A stretch of 32,179 nucleotides of DNA from Octopus bimaculoides (taxonomy: Eukaryota), in the NCBI RefSeq assembly GCF_001194135.2, contig NC_068982.1:17113894-17146072 (forward strand). Direction: 5' to 3'. The notes beneath the pieces are model-generated. The model had not been told where the DNA came from and did no database searches. It was given only the letters and a program-made list of their open reading frames with translations. Both the position numbers and the translations under genes were made by a program. Shown here piece by piece: positions 21,585 through 32,179 of the stretch (its first letter is position 1; each line of letters starts with the position of its first letter).

Positions 21585-22055
21585 TACAGGATTCCCACAC
21601 AGTCTGGGTACATGGAGTAAATAAAATTATGACATAAGCAATTAAATATAAAAAATAATAATTTCTTAAAGTATGTGTTAATCCCCATGTGGGTACATGG
21701 AGTAAATAAAATCATAACATAAACAATTAAATATGAGAAATAATAATTTCTTAAAGTATGTGTTAATCCCCATGTGGGTACATGGAGTAAATAAAATCAT
21801 GACATAAACAATTAAATATAAGAAATAATAATTTCATAAAGTATGTGTTAATCCCCATGTGGGTACATGGAGTAAATAAAATCATGACATAAGCAATTAA
21901 ATATAAAAAATAATAATTTCTTAAAGTATGTGTTAATCCCCATGTGGGTACATGGAGTAAATAAAATCATAGCATAAACAATTAAATATAAGAAATAATA
22001 ATTTCTTAAAGTATGTGTTAATCCTCATGTACCCAGACTTTGTGGACACCCTGTA
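21585..22055. repeat. Tc1/mariner MITE whose interior is a 5 x 85-bp tandem array
   Basis: TIRs TAcaggattcccacacagtctgggtacatg / catgtacccagactttgtggacaccctgTA; units start at 21606, 21691, 21776, 21861 and 21946. Confidence 0.9.
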
Positions 22056-22079
22056 TAATTGAATAAAGTGTAAAGTCTC

Positions 22080-22345
22080 CTTCAGTCATGAATGCCCATG
22101 GGATTGGACCCAGAAAGTTCCCCTCCAAGATACAAGTCTGGATAAGGTCGTTTTATGGAAGACCAGCAGTAGCCTATGCATACCAGCCTCGCCTCTCCAC
22201 GCCACTGGTGTTATCCAAGAGAAAGGCAAAGGCCGATACAGCTTGGCACCAGTGACATCGCAGCTCATTTCTACAGCTGAGTGAACTGGAGCAACATACA
22301 AAAAAAGTGTCTTGCTCAAAACAATACACAGACCAGACCAGGAAC
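22080..22345 (-). mobile_element. SINE-like element (family 4)
   Basis: Minus strand ttgagcaagacact...gctccagttcactcagctgtagaaatg, a conserved-domain SINE-like segment (recalled pattern). Confidence 0.5.
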
Positions 22346-22548
22346 TCTGCAGTTAAGTTTCCAAGGGAATAAAACTGAAACAGAGATGTTGAAAAACATT
22401 GCTGATTATGCACCCATTAAAGACTCAGAACTATCCAATGTTTTTATATACAGTTTACATATTTGGTATGCCTCCTGTTCAAGGACAGTAGCTGTCTCCC
22501 AGAGATAGATAAATTTATAACTCAAGTTATCACAACTATGCCAAAAGT

Positions 22549-22917
22549 AAACAAGAGCACTCAGAGAGCACAAACCTCAGCCAAAGCAACACCAACGCCC
22601 TCTCAACGATTAGCTGGAGAAGATTTTAAAGATGAGAATATCTGAAATAAACTCGATTGCTCTCACAAACAAGAATACTAAAAATGAACCCAACTGCTCT
22701 CAGAGATTAAGTAAAAAAAAACAGGAAAAATACTCCAGAATCTTTGTCTGGAACTAGATTGATCCCAAAATCTAATCAGTTCATGCCAGTTACAAGGCCA
22801 AACATCCTTAAAAGTTTCATCCAAATTCATCCAGCAGGTCTTGAAATATCTTGTCCACAGACAAACAAACAAACATGACTGAAAACAATACCTCCGCCGT
22901 TGCTAAGGCAGAGGTAA
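22549..22917 (+). mobile_element. Second Helentron-type (HINE-like) element
   Basis: 5' acctcagccaaagc subterminal repeat; (CAAA)n then cctccgcc...ggcagaggtaa hairpin; similar architecture to 10740-11137. Confidence 0.62.
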
Positions 22918-23144
22918 TAACATTTGGCAGAATGAAGCCATCAATTTGAGGATTAATCTGCAACTATTCTACACTCTCGGAGTGGTTGGCGTTAGGAAGG
23001 GCATCCAGCTGTAGAAACTCTGCCAAATCAGATCGTTGGGTGGTGTTGCCATCCGGTTTCACCAGTCCTCAGTCAAATCGTCCAACCCATGCTAGCATGG
23101 AAAGTGGACGTTAAACGATGATGATGATGATATTCTAATGCTAT

Positions 23145-23314
23145 GTTCTATCGGTCACTTTTGCTGAACCACTAAGTTACAGGAACATAAACACACCACC
23201 ATTGGTTGTCAAGCAATATTGGTGGGACAAATATAGACATACACACATATACACGCACATACATATGCACACACATATATACATATATATATATACACAC
23301 ACATATATACATAT

Positions 23315-23345
<31 letters not shown>

Positions 23346-23503
23346 CATACGACGGGCCTCTTTCAGTTTCCATCTACCAAATCCAATCACAAGGCTTTGG
23401 TCAGCTCAAGGCTATAGTAGGAGACACTTGCCCAAGGTGCCACACAGTGGAACCGAGCCCAGGATTATGTGGTTGGTAAGCAAGCTACTTACCACACAAC
23501 CAT
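23145..23503 (-). mobile_element. Family-1 SINE
   Basis: Head, (AT/AC)n and partial tail match other copies. Confidence 0.85.
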
Positions 23504-23706
23504 AAAAAAAAATATTAAAGAAGATCTAACGAGCCCTTCTTTTTATCACTTATTGAAGAAATAAATAAATAATAGTTTAATAGAATAAATGATGTTGAAG
23601 AAGAATAAAATAAGAAGAAAATTAAACTGTATGATTGTGATCGATCAATCAATCGATCTGTCTATCTCCCTCCCTCCCTGTCATATATTTCAAGTTAAAT
23701 AATTAC

Positions 23707-23796
23707 CTTTTGAGTGCGAATCATAAATTCATCTTTGAAACGAGAATACTTCAGGATCGCATGTGTTTCAGAATCAATGCAAACTGGTTCATTTGT
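23707..23796 (-). CDS. AS3MT: AS3MT internal exon (90 nt): TNEPVCIDSETHAILKYSRFKDEFMIRTQK
   Basis: Not in the ORF track; read by hand. Matches EGEIVEVDEETAAILKNSRFAQDFLIRP. Acceptor ttcttctttcag| and donor |gtaatt; phase 0/0. Confidence 0.92.
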
Positions 23797-24042
23797 CTGA
23801 AAGAAGAAATAAATTATTTAATGAGTGTATTGAATCTTTAATTAAGATTTGAAAAATGAATGAAATAAATATCACATGTGGATGGTACGAGTGAAAGCTT
23901 AATCAGTAAATGCAAGTTATTTCAATTGATCTTTCTTTCATTACAAGAGGCTTCTCACAAAAATGGTTTCAAATCTTTAAATCTAACAGAGTAAAGAAAC
24001 AGGTACTGATGTTGACTAAAATGACGATTCTTTCTTACTTAC

Positions 24043-24185
24043 AAGGAATGTCAACTGGTGATCAAACTTAAATTCATTTTCATGGTCAGTAATCTCACCA
24101 TTGTAAATTGCTTGGGCGGGCGTCTTTTGGTAATCTGGTGGCAACTTAAAAAGGCGATAGGTAACAGAAACAAATTGTATATCAC
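24043..24185 (-). CDS. AS3MT: AS3MT internal exon (143 nt): (G)DIQFVSVTYRLFKLPPDYQKTPAQAIYNGEITDHENEFKFDHQLTFL
   Basis: Matches GDCRFVSATFRLFK...VIYNGGITGHEKELMFDANFTF of vertebrate AS3MT. Acceptor tttgtag| and donor |gtaagt; in frame with the previous exon. Confidence 0.95.
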
Positions 24186-25151
24186 CTACAAATATAAGAA
24201 ATATATACATTTTAGAATTTTAAGATAGTTATTCGTTTTTAGAAATAACAATTATTACTGGTTTCAAATTTTGGCATAAGACCAGCAACTTCAAGAGAGG
24301 AGTAAGTCAATTACATTGACCCCAGTACTCAAATAAATGAAACCCTGTTCTTAGTTTCTATTAAGCTCTGGGTACTTATTTTAGTGTTCCTAAACAAGTC
24401 AACAATGGCTGTCAAGCAGTGGGGAAGACAAACACAAAGACACATGACAGGCTTCCACACAGTTTCCATCTACCACATTCACTCATAAGGCATTAGTCAG
24501 TTCAGGGCTATTGTAACGGACACTTTCCCAAGAGGCTGCGCAGTGGGATTGAACCTGAAACCACATGGTTTCAAAGTGAGCTTCTTAACCACACAGCTAT
24601 GCCTGTGCCTATAGTTCAGCTTTTCCCACATTTCTTCTTCATGACCTTACAATAAGGTGTATGTGTCATTATTTATGCATTTCCTTGCTTTTATTTGAAA
24701 GTCTTCTTGTCATATTACATACATTTTTGTTGGTGATGAATAAACTATAAATTTAAAATACTTGCATCTAATGACGAGTAATCATTAATGATAGATTATT
24801 CTAACCCCTTACCCGGCAAAGACGATTTAACTTGTCTTCACCCAATTTGTCTTTTTCAGAGTGTGATGAGTAAACTCGTCCAAAACATAATTTCAAAAAC
24901 AGCCACAGAAGAGTTTATACGTCGATTCTCAGCACTTCTCGGTTCTTGTTTCATTTTTTTTTTTACAAATTACGCCCAGATGTCAGGCTCAGAAGATGAC
25001 TATGAGAATGAACCTTCTAATTAGAAGCTTGGATACATCAGATGAGAGTGCAAGCTCGTCTGATAAAAAAAATTTGTCTGAAAATGAAACATTTTCTCCA
25101 AAAAAATTGCCAGGGAAATTTTAATTATATAATTCCAACAACTTACTTTCT

Positions 25152-25564
25152 TTCTTTTCTTTCTTTTATTTGTTTCAGTCATTTGACTGCGGCCATGCTG
25201 GAGCACCGCCTTTAGTCGAGCAAATCGACCCCAGAACTTATTCTTTGTAAGCCTAGTACTTATTCTATCGGTATCTCTTGCCGAACCGCTAAGTGACGGG
25301 GACATAAACATACCAGCATCGGTTGTCAAGCAATGTTGTGGGGGGACAAACACAGACACACAAACATATACACACACATACATATATATTTACATATATA
25401 CGACGGGCTTCTTTCAGTTTCCGTCTACCAAATCCACCCACAAGGTTTGGTCGGCCCGAGGCTATAGTAAAAGACACTTGCCCAAGGTGCCAAGCAGTGG
25501 AACAGAACCAGAACTATGTGGTTGATAAACAAGCTAGTTACCACACAGCCACTCCTGCACCTAT
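25152..25564 (-). mobile_element. Family-1 SINE, near full length
   Basis: Complete head (gccactcctgcacc on +), microsatellite and tail. Confidence 0.88.
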
Positions 25565-25718
25565 GTATTAAAACTACATAACAATGGAAATGCTTCAGTA
25601 CCACACCACACACACATATATATATATATATACATATATATAGTTTAGCAGTGTTTTGAGCAAATTCCAAAGCCATCAGCAGCAGCTGCCATTAAATATA
25701 TATTGAATAATACCTTAC

Positions 25719-25850
25719 CAAGAATCTTCCTGAAATCTTCTCTGTCCACAGGTATCGGGGAAACACTAACAATGCGTGCTTGACTAAACCCAACATCACC
25801 AGCTAGTTCATGAAAGTCCTTCCAATAAAGTGCTCCAGATATACATTCAC
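25719..25850 (-). CDS. AS3MT: Arsenite methyltransferase, internal exon (132 nt): (G)ECISGALYWKDFHELAGDVGFSQARIVSVSPIPVDREDFRKIL(G)
   Basis: Translation matches vertebrate AS3MT as recalled (GECLGGALYWK...PPRLV...ERVIG). Acceptor ccatag| and donor |gtaagg; phase 1 at both ends. Confidence 0.93.
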
Positions 25851-26320
25851 CTATGGTTGTTTGAGAAAAAGAAAAATAATAACTAATCATTAAAAATAAC
25901 AAAACTGAACAAGCTTATAAAAAAAAACGTATCTTGAAGAGAGGCAAAATAAACAACATGGTTATGACATAATGGTAATGAAACATACCAGGTTCCAAAT
26001 GCTTCTTTTTGTTACTTGAGTGAAAGTCAATGAAATTAAGCACAATTTTATTATTATCATTCTTATTGAATTGTCTTACAGGATGTACTGAAGGATTGCT
26101 AATAGCTATACACACACACACACACATATATATATACCAGAGTAAGAACATAAATGCGAAACAAGGTGGAAAAAAATAGTATTTGAATATCAGAGGTAGA
26201 GTAATATGCTTCATTAAAAAGCAGCAAAAATATCACAAAAACTGTTACTCAGTTTCGCGTCCCCGTTCGTCGGACAGTTTTGCTTAGAATCTAAGCATAC
26301 ATATATATGTAAACATACAT

Positions 26321-26806
26321 AAATAAATACACACACAAACACACACACAAATAAATACACACACAAACACACACACAAATAAATACACACACAAACACAC
26401 ACACAAATAAATACACACACAAACACACACACAAATAAATACACACACAAACACANNNNNNNNNNNNNNNNNNNNNNNNNNNNNNNNNNNNNNNNNNNNN
26501 NNNNNNNNNNNNNNNNNNNNNNNNNNNNNNNNNNNNNNNNNNNNNNNNNNNNNNNNNNNNNNNNNNNNNNNNNNNNNNNNNNNNNNNNNNNNNNNNNNNN
26601 NNNNNNNNNNNNNNNNNNNNNNNNNNNNNNNNNNNNNNNNNNNNNNNNNNNNNNNNNNNNNNNNNNNNNNNNNNNNNNNNNNNNNNNNNNNNNNNNNNNN
26701 NNNNNNNNNNNNNNNNNNNNNNNNNNNNNNNNNNNNNNNNNNNNNNNNNNNNATACACACACACACACACACAAATAAATACACACACACACACACACAA
26801 ATAAAT

Positions 26807-26842
<36 letters not shown>

Positions 26843-26870
26843 ACACGCACACGCACACACAAATACATAT
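26321..26870. repeat. 28-bp AC-rich minisatellite (aaataaatacacacacaaacacacacac)n spanning an N gap
   Basis: At least four exact units before the gap; variants after it. Confidence 0.88.
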
Positions 26871-27585
26871 ATGGATATATATGCATAAATACATAATCCA
26901 CTTAATCTATCACTGGAACTGTAAAAATCTGTAAAACTTTCCAGAAGTTTATCATTTAAGTATATATGAACATGTCTAGACATCCAAGTATATGCATGGG
27001 AATACATGCATAAAGCAAAACATACAAATCTGCACATACATACACACAAACAAAAAAAAGTACTCTGTTGTTGATGTTGAAATTCCAATGGAGGAGGCTT
27101 GGATCTAGGTTAGAAGCCGGTTCTTTCTCTATTGGCAAGAAATCTTGAAATAAACTGAATAATGACATACATATAAATGAAATTTGAAAAAAAGTATTTT
27201 ATTTTATAAGTTTGAGGAGAAAAGAGAAAGAAACTGTATTTTCATCATCATCATCATCATCGTTTAACGTCCGCTTTCCATGCTAGCATGGGTTGGACGA
27301 TCTGATTGAGGACTGGCGAACCAGATGGCTACGCCAGGCTCCAATCTGATTTGGCAGAGTTTCTACAGCTGGATGCCCTTCCTAATGCCAACCACTCCGA
27401 GAGTGTAGTGGGTGCTTTTACGTGCCACCAGCACGAAGGCCAGTCAGGTGGTACTGGCAACGGCCACGCTCAAAATAGTGTATTTTATGTGCCACCTGCA
27501 CAGGAGCCAATCCAGTGGCAGTGGCAACAACCTCGCTCGAATGTCTTTTCACATGCCACTGGCACAAGTGCCAAGAAGGCGACGC

Positions 27586-28270
27586 TGACTACAGACATAT
27601 GAAGAAACTTGAAACCTTTCACATGTGCTGTTTGCACAACATATGCAACATAAAATGGCAAGATAAGATATCCAATGCCAAGATCTTAAAAATGTGATAT
27701 CTCCAGTATCTAAGGCATACTGATGAGAACTCAGTGCAGATGTGTAGGACATACTGTTCGGATGAAAAATGACTGCATTTCAAAAACTCTTCTGTATGGC
27801 TAACAAGTGGAAGGATATCATGGCAAAGGAAGACCCATCCTTAGGTATAGGGGGTTCCTATAAGGATAAGTTGAAGCAATCACTAAAATGTATACAGCTT
27901 AACTGGATACCTTGGGAAAGTCATTGCCTAGACTGATCTGCATGGCATATAATGTTTCACAATGCATCTAAACAATTTGAGAGGAAAAGAAAGAACAATA
28001 GATGAACTATATCCTGCAATCAACAGACACACTTACCCAATCCCAGACAAAATCAAAATCACCATTGTCTACATTGTGACTTCATAACAAAATCTGTATC
28101 TGAACTCAATTTACATTCACACATTCATCACAAATAGATGCAGCTTCTTAAAGTCTTTTGTTTTCTTTTTGATTTCTTTCTATCACTCACTTTAACTTGA
28201 GCGTCCTCTCCTTTAAACACTCATACATCAAAACTGATGAGAGCAACCACCACCATTATTATTATTATTG
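27586..28270 (+). mobile_element. RTE (BovB-like) LINE 3' fragment
   Basis: YRHMKKLETFHMCCLHNICNIKWQDKISN...GKGRP...YKDKLKQSLK...WESH...SAW, then a degenerate CCHH-like segment and an (ATT)n tail. Confidence 0.8.
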
Positions 28271-28499
28271 TTATTAAGGCAACTAGCTGGCAGAATCATT
28301 AGTACACCAAGCAAAATGCTTAGTGGCAGTTCATCAATCTTTACATTTTGAGTTCAAATTCCACTGAGGTTGACCTTGCTTTTCATCTTTTGGGGATTAA
28401 TCAAGTAAGTACCAGTCAAGCACTGGGGTCAATGTAATTGACTTACACCCCCACCACCCCCAAATTTGTTAACCTTGTACTAAAATTTGAAACCATTAT

Positions 28500-28994
28500 T
28501 TTCACTTTATCACAGGTTTTGTTGGAGTTCCTGGAATCTTGCATGCGTAACGGGCTTACTACCTGCAGCCTACAATACCATGCTATCCGTTCTTTTCAGC
28601 TAATACTTTTCTGATTATTCTGGCCATGCCAAGGAGGGAAACCTTTTGTAACAGTTCTACTGGGCACCCTATTCCAGTTTCCTTGATATTCCTCTTGATG
28701 CCTTCTGATACTGTTCCCAAGGACCCAACAGTAATTGGCACTATCTTCACCTTCTTCATTTTCTATAACTGGGTTATTTTGTACTTCAGAGATTTATATC
28801 TAGCTATCTTTTCACCTTCCTTCTTGATTATTCATGGGTCAAAGGAGCATGCAACTATATAGCATATGCGGTGCACCTTGTCCATCACCACTAGGTCTGA
28901 TCTGTTATGCTCTAGCACCTGATCTGTTAGGATTGGGAAATCCCAGAGGATTTTGCTAGTGTCCATGAGAGAGCTGTGCATGCCATCAAAGTGA
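28500..28994 (-). mobile_element. R4/Dong-like non-LTR retrotransposon, restriction-like endonuclease C-terminal fragment
   Basis: Reads KILWDFPILTDQVLEHNRSDLVVMDK...IVPITVGSLGTV...LQKVSLLGMARIIRKVL, with stops. Confidence 0.82.
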
Positions 28995-29798
28995 CACTGG
29001 GGTATCAAAAGGTTCCTGGATTAGCTTTGTTTAATGAAACCTAACTTATTTACCTGAGTTTTAACATCATCTCCTTCGAAATAGTCACCTTGCACAACAC
29101 CAGTCCCAGCATTCCTGCCACTTTTGGAATCCAGCCTGGAATTCATAAGGAACTTCTGTGATTCACTCTTGATCTTGACAACGGTGTTAAAATGGTGACC
29201 TTTGAGCTGCATTTTCATCTTGGGGAAGAGAGGAAAGTCTGCAGGTGCTAAATCTGGTGAATAGGGCAGGTGCAGAAACAATACCATGTTGTTTTTGGTG
29301 GGAAGCTCACGAGTGAGGAGAGCTCAGTGACAGGGTGCATTGTTGTGGTGAACAATCCAATTCTTTGCACTCCACAGATCCGGTCATTTTTTGCCAAATG
29401 TCCTCCCTCAAACATTTTAAAATGCTGCAATACAACTTTCGATTGGTCTGGCCCTGCAGGACAAATTCTCAATGCAAAACGACGCGAATGTCAAAAAAAA
29501 AAACGATGAGCGTGCTCTTGATTGAGCTGTGGCTCTGTTGTAACTTCTTTGGTCATAGAGATGAAAGGCTCTTCCATTGTGACGACTGCTGCTTTGTCTC
29601 AGGGTCGTACCCTTAGACCCAACTCTCATCACCATGATGATCCTCAACATGAAGGATGAGTCATCAACAGCACACTGACAGAGATCTTGACAAACTTTGA
29701 CACAATGTTTTTTCTGCTCAGTTTGTCAGCAAGCAGGGGACAAACTGACAGAGAAGTGCTGCATATTCAATATTTCCCTATGGCCAGACATGTTTTTG
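28995..29798 (-). mobile_element. mariner (DD34D) transposase relic
   Basis: DESWV*GYDPETKQQSSQW, WIVHHNNAPCH, YSPDLAPADF.LFPKMK, QGDYFEGD; TIR-like ggggtatcaaaaggttcctgga at about 28999. Confidence 0.9.
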
Positions 29799-29913
29799 TA
29801 CAGGGTGTCTACAAAGTCTGGGTACATGGGGATTAACACATACTTTAAGAAATTATTATTTCTTATAGTTAATTGTTTATGTTATGATTTTATTTATTCC
29901 ATGTACCCAGTCT
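29799..29913. mobile_element. Single-unit copy of the MITE amplified at 21585-22055 (opposite orientation, one TIR truncated by a SINE tail)
   Basis: TAcagggtgtctacaaagtctgggtacatggggattaacacatactttaagaaatt...ttccatgtacccag. Confidence 0.85.
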
Positions 29914-30825
29914 ATGTGTTTGTCCCCCACCAACATCGCTTGACAACCGATGCTGGTGTGTTTACATCCCTGTAACTTAGCGGTTCAGTAAAAGTGACCG
30001 ATAGAATAAGTACTAGGCTTACAAAGAATAAGTCTTAGGGTTGATTTGCTCGACTAAAGGCGTTGCTCCAGCATGGCCGCAGTCAAATGACTGAAACAAG
30101 TAAAAGAGTAAAGAGAGTAACACTAATGATGATGATGATGTTTTTGAAAGAAGCGTAAACATTGCAGCACTCTATTCTTCTTCCCTTTGTAATTCAGAAG
30201 TCATATCTTTACTAGAAAGAAAGAAATATTCGCACAGATAAATTTACATGAATTTGTTATATGGTCTATCTGACTTTGGGCAGGCACATGTGTGTGTGTA
30301 TGTATGTATGTGTGTGTGTGTGTGTGTGTGTGCATGCGCACTTGCATGTGCACAGTAGGATTGCTTTAAATACCATCCCCATTTGAAGGAGTGCCCAAAA
30401 GGAAATATGTTAAACTTATGTTATTATAAAATTCATCATTTCCATTTCCTTAACAACAATAAGTAGGTCACCCATTAATTACAAACAAAGGGTATTAATA
30501 AACAAAAACAAGTGTTTCTAACATAAGCACAAAGCCAACACTTGACTGGCACTTTATTTTATTGACACCTTACCCCAACAGAGGGATGAAAAGCACAAAG
30601 CTGATCTAGGCAGTTGTTGAACTCAGAACATAGCAAGGCATTTTAGTCCAAATGGTTTCAAGTTTTGTCACAAGGCTACCAGTTTCGGTAAAAGGGCTAA
30701 GTTGGTTGCATTGACCCCAGTGCTAAATTTATACTTATCTTATTGACCCCAAAAAATTGAAAGGCAAAGCTGACCTCAGCATACAGAAACTCCTATGGAA
30801 AACCAGTTTTGAACTCTATCATAAT

Positions 30826-31233
30826 ACTCTTTTACTTGTTTCAGTCATTTGACTGCGGCCATGCTGGAGCACCGCCTTTAGTCGAGCAAATCGACCCCAG
30901 GACTTATTCTTTGTAAGCCTAGTACTTATTCTATCAGTCTCTTTTTGCCGAACCGCTAAGTTACAGGGACGTAAACACACTAGCATTGATTGTCAAGCAA
31001 TGCTAGAGGGACAAACACAGACACACAAATACACACACACACACACACATATATATATACACATATATACGACGGGCTTCTTTCAGTTTCCATCTACCAA
31101 ATCCACTCACAAGGCTTTGGTTGGCCCGAGGCTATAGTAGAAGACACTTGCCCAAGATGTCACGCAGTGGGACTGAACCCGGTATCATGTGGTTGGTAAG
31201 CAAGCTACTTACCACACAGCCACCCCTGCGCCT
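30826..31233 (-). mobile_element. Family-1 SINE, near full length (further copies at 29914-30118 and 31988-32179 on +)
   Basis: Matches 25152-25564 throughout. Confidence 0.88.
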
Positions 31234-31234
31234 A

Positions 31235-31970
31235 TCTGAAGAATCATAATAAATAAAAGGTGGCTGAGAATTGAGTTTTGATGGACACCTACTGTATGCT
31301 AAATTCCTTGCTGAACAGTCTAATTTTCACTTCACTGACAGCCTCCTTGCACATAGTATGTATCACTCTTACAACCCTTTCCTTTACACTCAGTTTTCTA
31401 AACAATCACAAGACTACAGAATCCAGTATCCAGTCAAAGGCATTCCCCATGTCAGCAAGTGCTAGGTATAATGATTTGGTCTTGGTAAAGACCTTTTTTC
31501 TGTAATTAACTAAGAAGAAGGTAGCATCAGAGATTCTATAACCCGACACAAATCAAACTGAATTATAAGCTTTGCTATAACTTGACCATCCACTTTTGTG
31601 ACAGTCCATCAGTTTAAATGTTTGCACAGTTATTTCTCTTTATAACATCTCCAATGCTTCTGCAGTCAATCACAAAGATGCTGCTATGCCAGTCATTCTG
31701 ACTGCTCAAGTGAAAAACCAGCATATGACTTAACTTCACCAATTATTTTCAACAGTTCAATGATTATCCCTAATAATGCTGATATTTTCTCCATCTTCAA
31801 ACCCTGCTACATGCTAGAAAAAATCTATGAGGTCATCAGGCCTCACAAATTATATATCACATAACAAGATTTGAAAATTGCTTAGCAATAAGCCTTAATA
31901 ATTGGCCCTCTGTCAAGTCTACCTCAGATATCCGGGTTTTCAATTCACCTTATGTTTCCATTCCACATTT
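31235..31970 (-). mobile_element. RTE-clade LINE reverse-transcriptase fragment, degenerate
   Basis: Reads roughly LLKIIGE...SDATFF...SLYLALADMGNAFD...KLSVKERVVRVI..MC..FS.EFSIQ.GVHQ.S.LS, matching AFVDLEKAFD and VGVHQGSVLSP RT motifs. Confidence 0.75.
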
Positions 31971-32179
31971 TTTAAATAATTCATTCACGAGTGGCTGTGT
32001 GGTAAGTAGCTTGCTTACCAACCACATGGTTCCGGGTTCAGTCCCACTGTGTGGCACCTTGGGCAAGTGTCTTCTAGTATAGCCTCGGGCCGACCAAAGC
32101 CTTGAGAGTGGATTTGGTAGGCGGAAACTGGAAGAAGTCCGTCGTATATATGTATATATATGTATGTGTTTGTGTGTCT

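Noticed and set aside
21606-22030. CRISPR-like appearance of the regular 85-bp array
   Set aside because: The units are head-to-tail near-identical with no unique spacers, lie inside MITE TIRs, and the context is eukaryotic with no cas genes.
24803-25120. piggyBac-like 5' fragment with an acidic N-terminal peptide (MSGSEDDYENEPSN)
   Set aside because: Termini and TTAA TSD are not clean and there is no catalytic motif; too weak to call.
27061-27160. Exon-like segment DFLPIEKEPASNLDPSLLHWNF on the minus strand, upstream of the AS3MT exons
   Set aside because: It does not match the expected AS3MT upstream exon (GGELYFSD...LW) and resembles a dispersed repeat I recall from octopus DNA.

Overview
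AT-rich, repeat-dense eukaryotic DNA with six N gaps. The SINE/MITE repertoire and (AT)n/(GT)n load suggest an octopod cephalopod genome such as Octopus (inference from recalled repeat families, not a database match). One gene is supported: the last five coding exons of an arsenite methyltransferase (AS3MT) on the minus strand (18080-25850), all GT-AG, including a 36-nt symmetric microexon and a Cys-rich C-terminus (ACCGGKKCC*). The 5' exons were not found in the window. Most of the rest is transposon-derived: several tRNA-derived SINE families, RTE and R4/Dong-like LINE fragments, Penelope-like fragments, Tc1/mariner relics, hAT-, piggyBac- and Tigger-type MITEs, and Helentron-type non-autonomous elements. 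The most unusual structures are (1) a 470-bp palindrome of two head-to-head tRNA-like/hammerhead-ribozyme units in the last AS3MT intron, (2) a MITE whose 85-bp interior is amplified into a 5-unit tandem array, with the single-unit form also in the window, and (3) a nested transposon cluster containing a fold-back element with telomere-like repeats. Most long ORFs in the supplied track are artefacts of N gaps and microsatellites.
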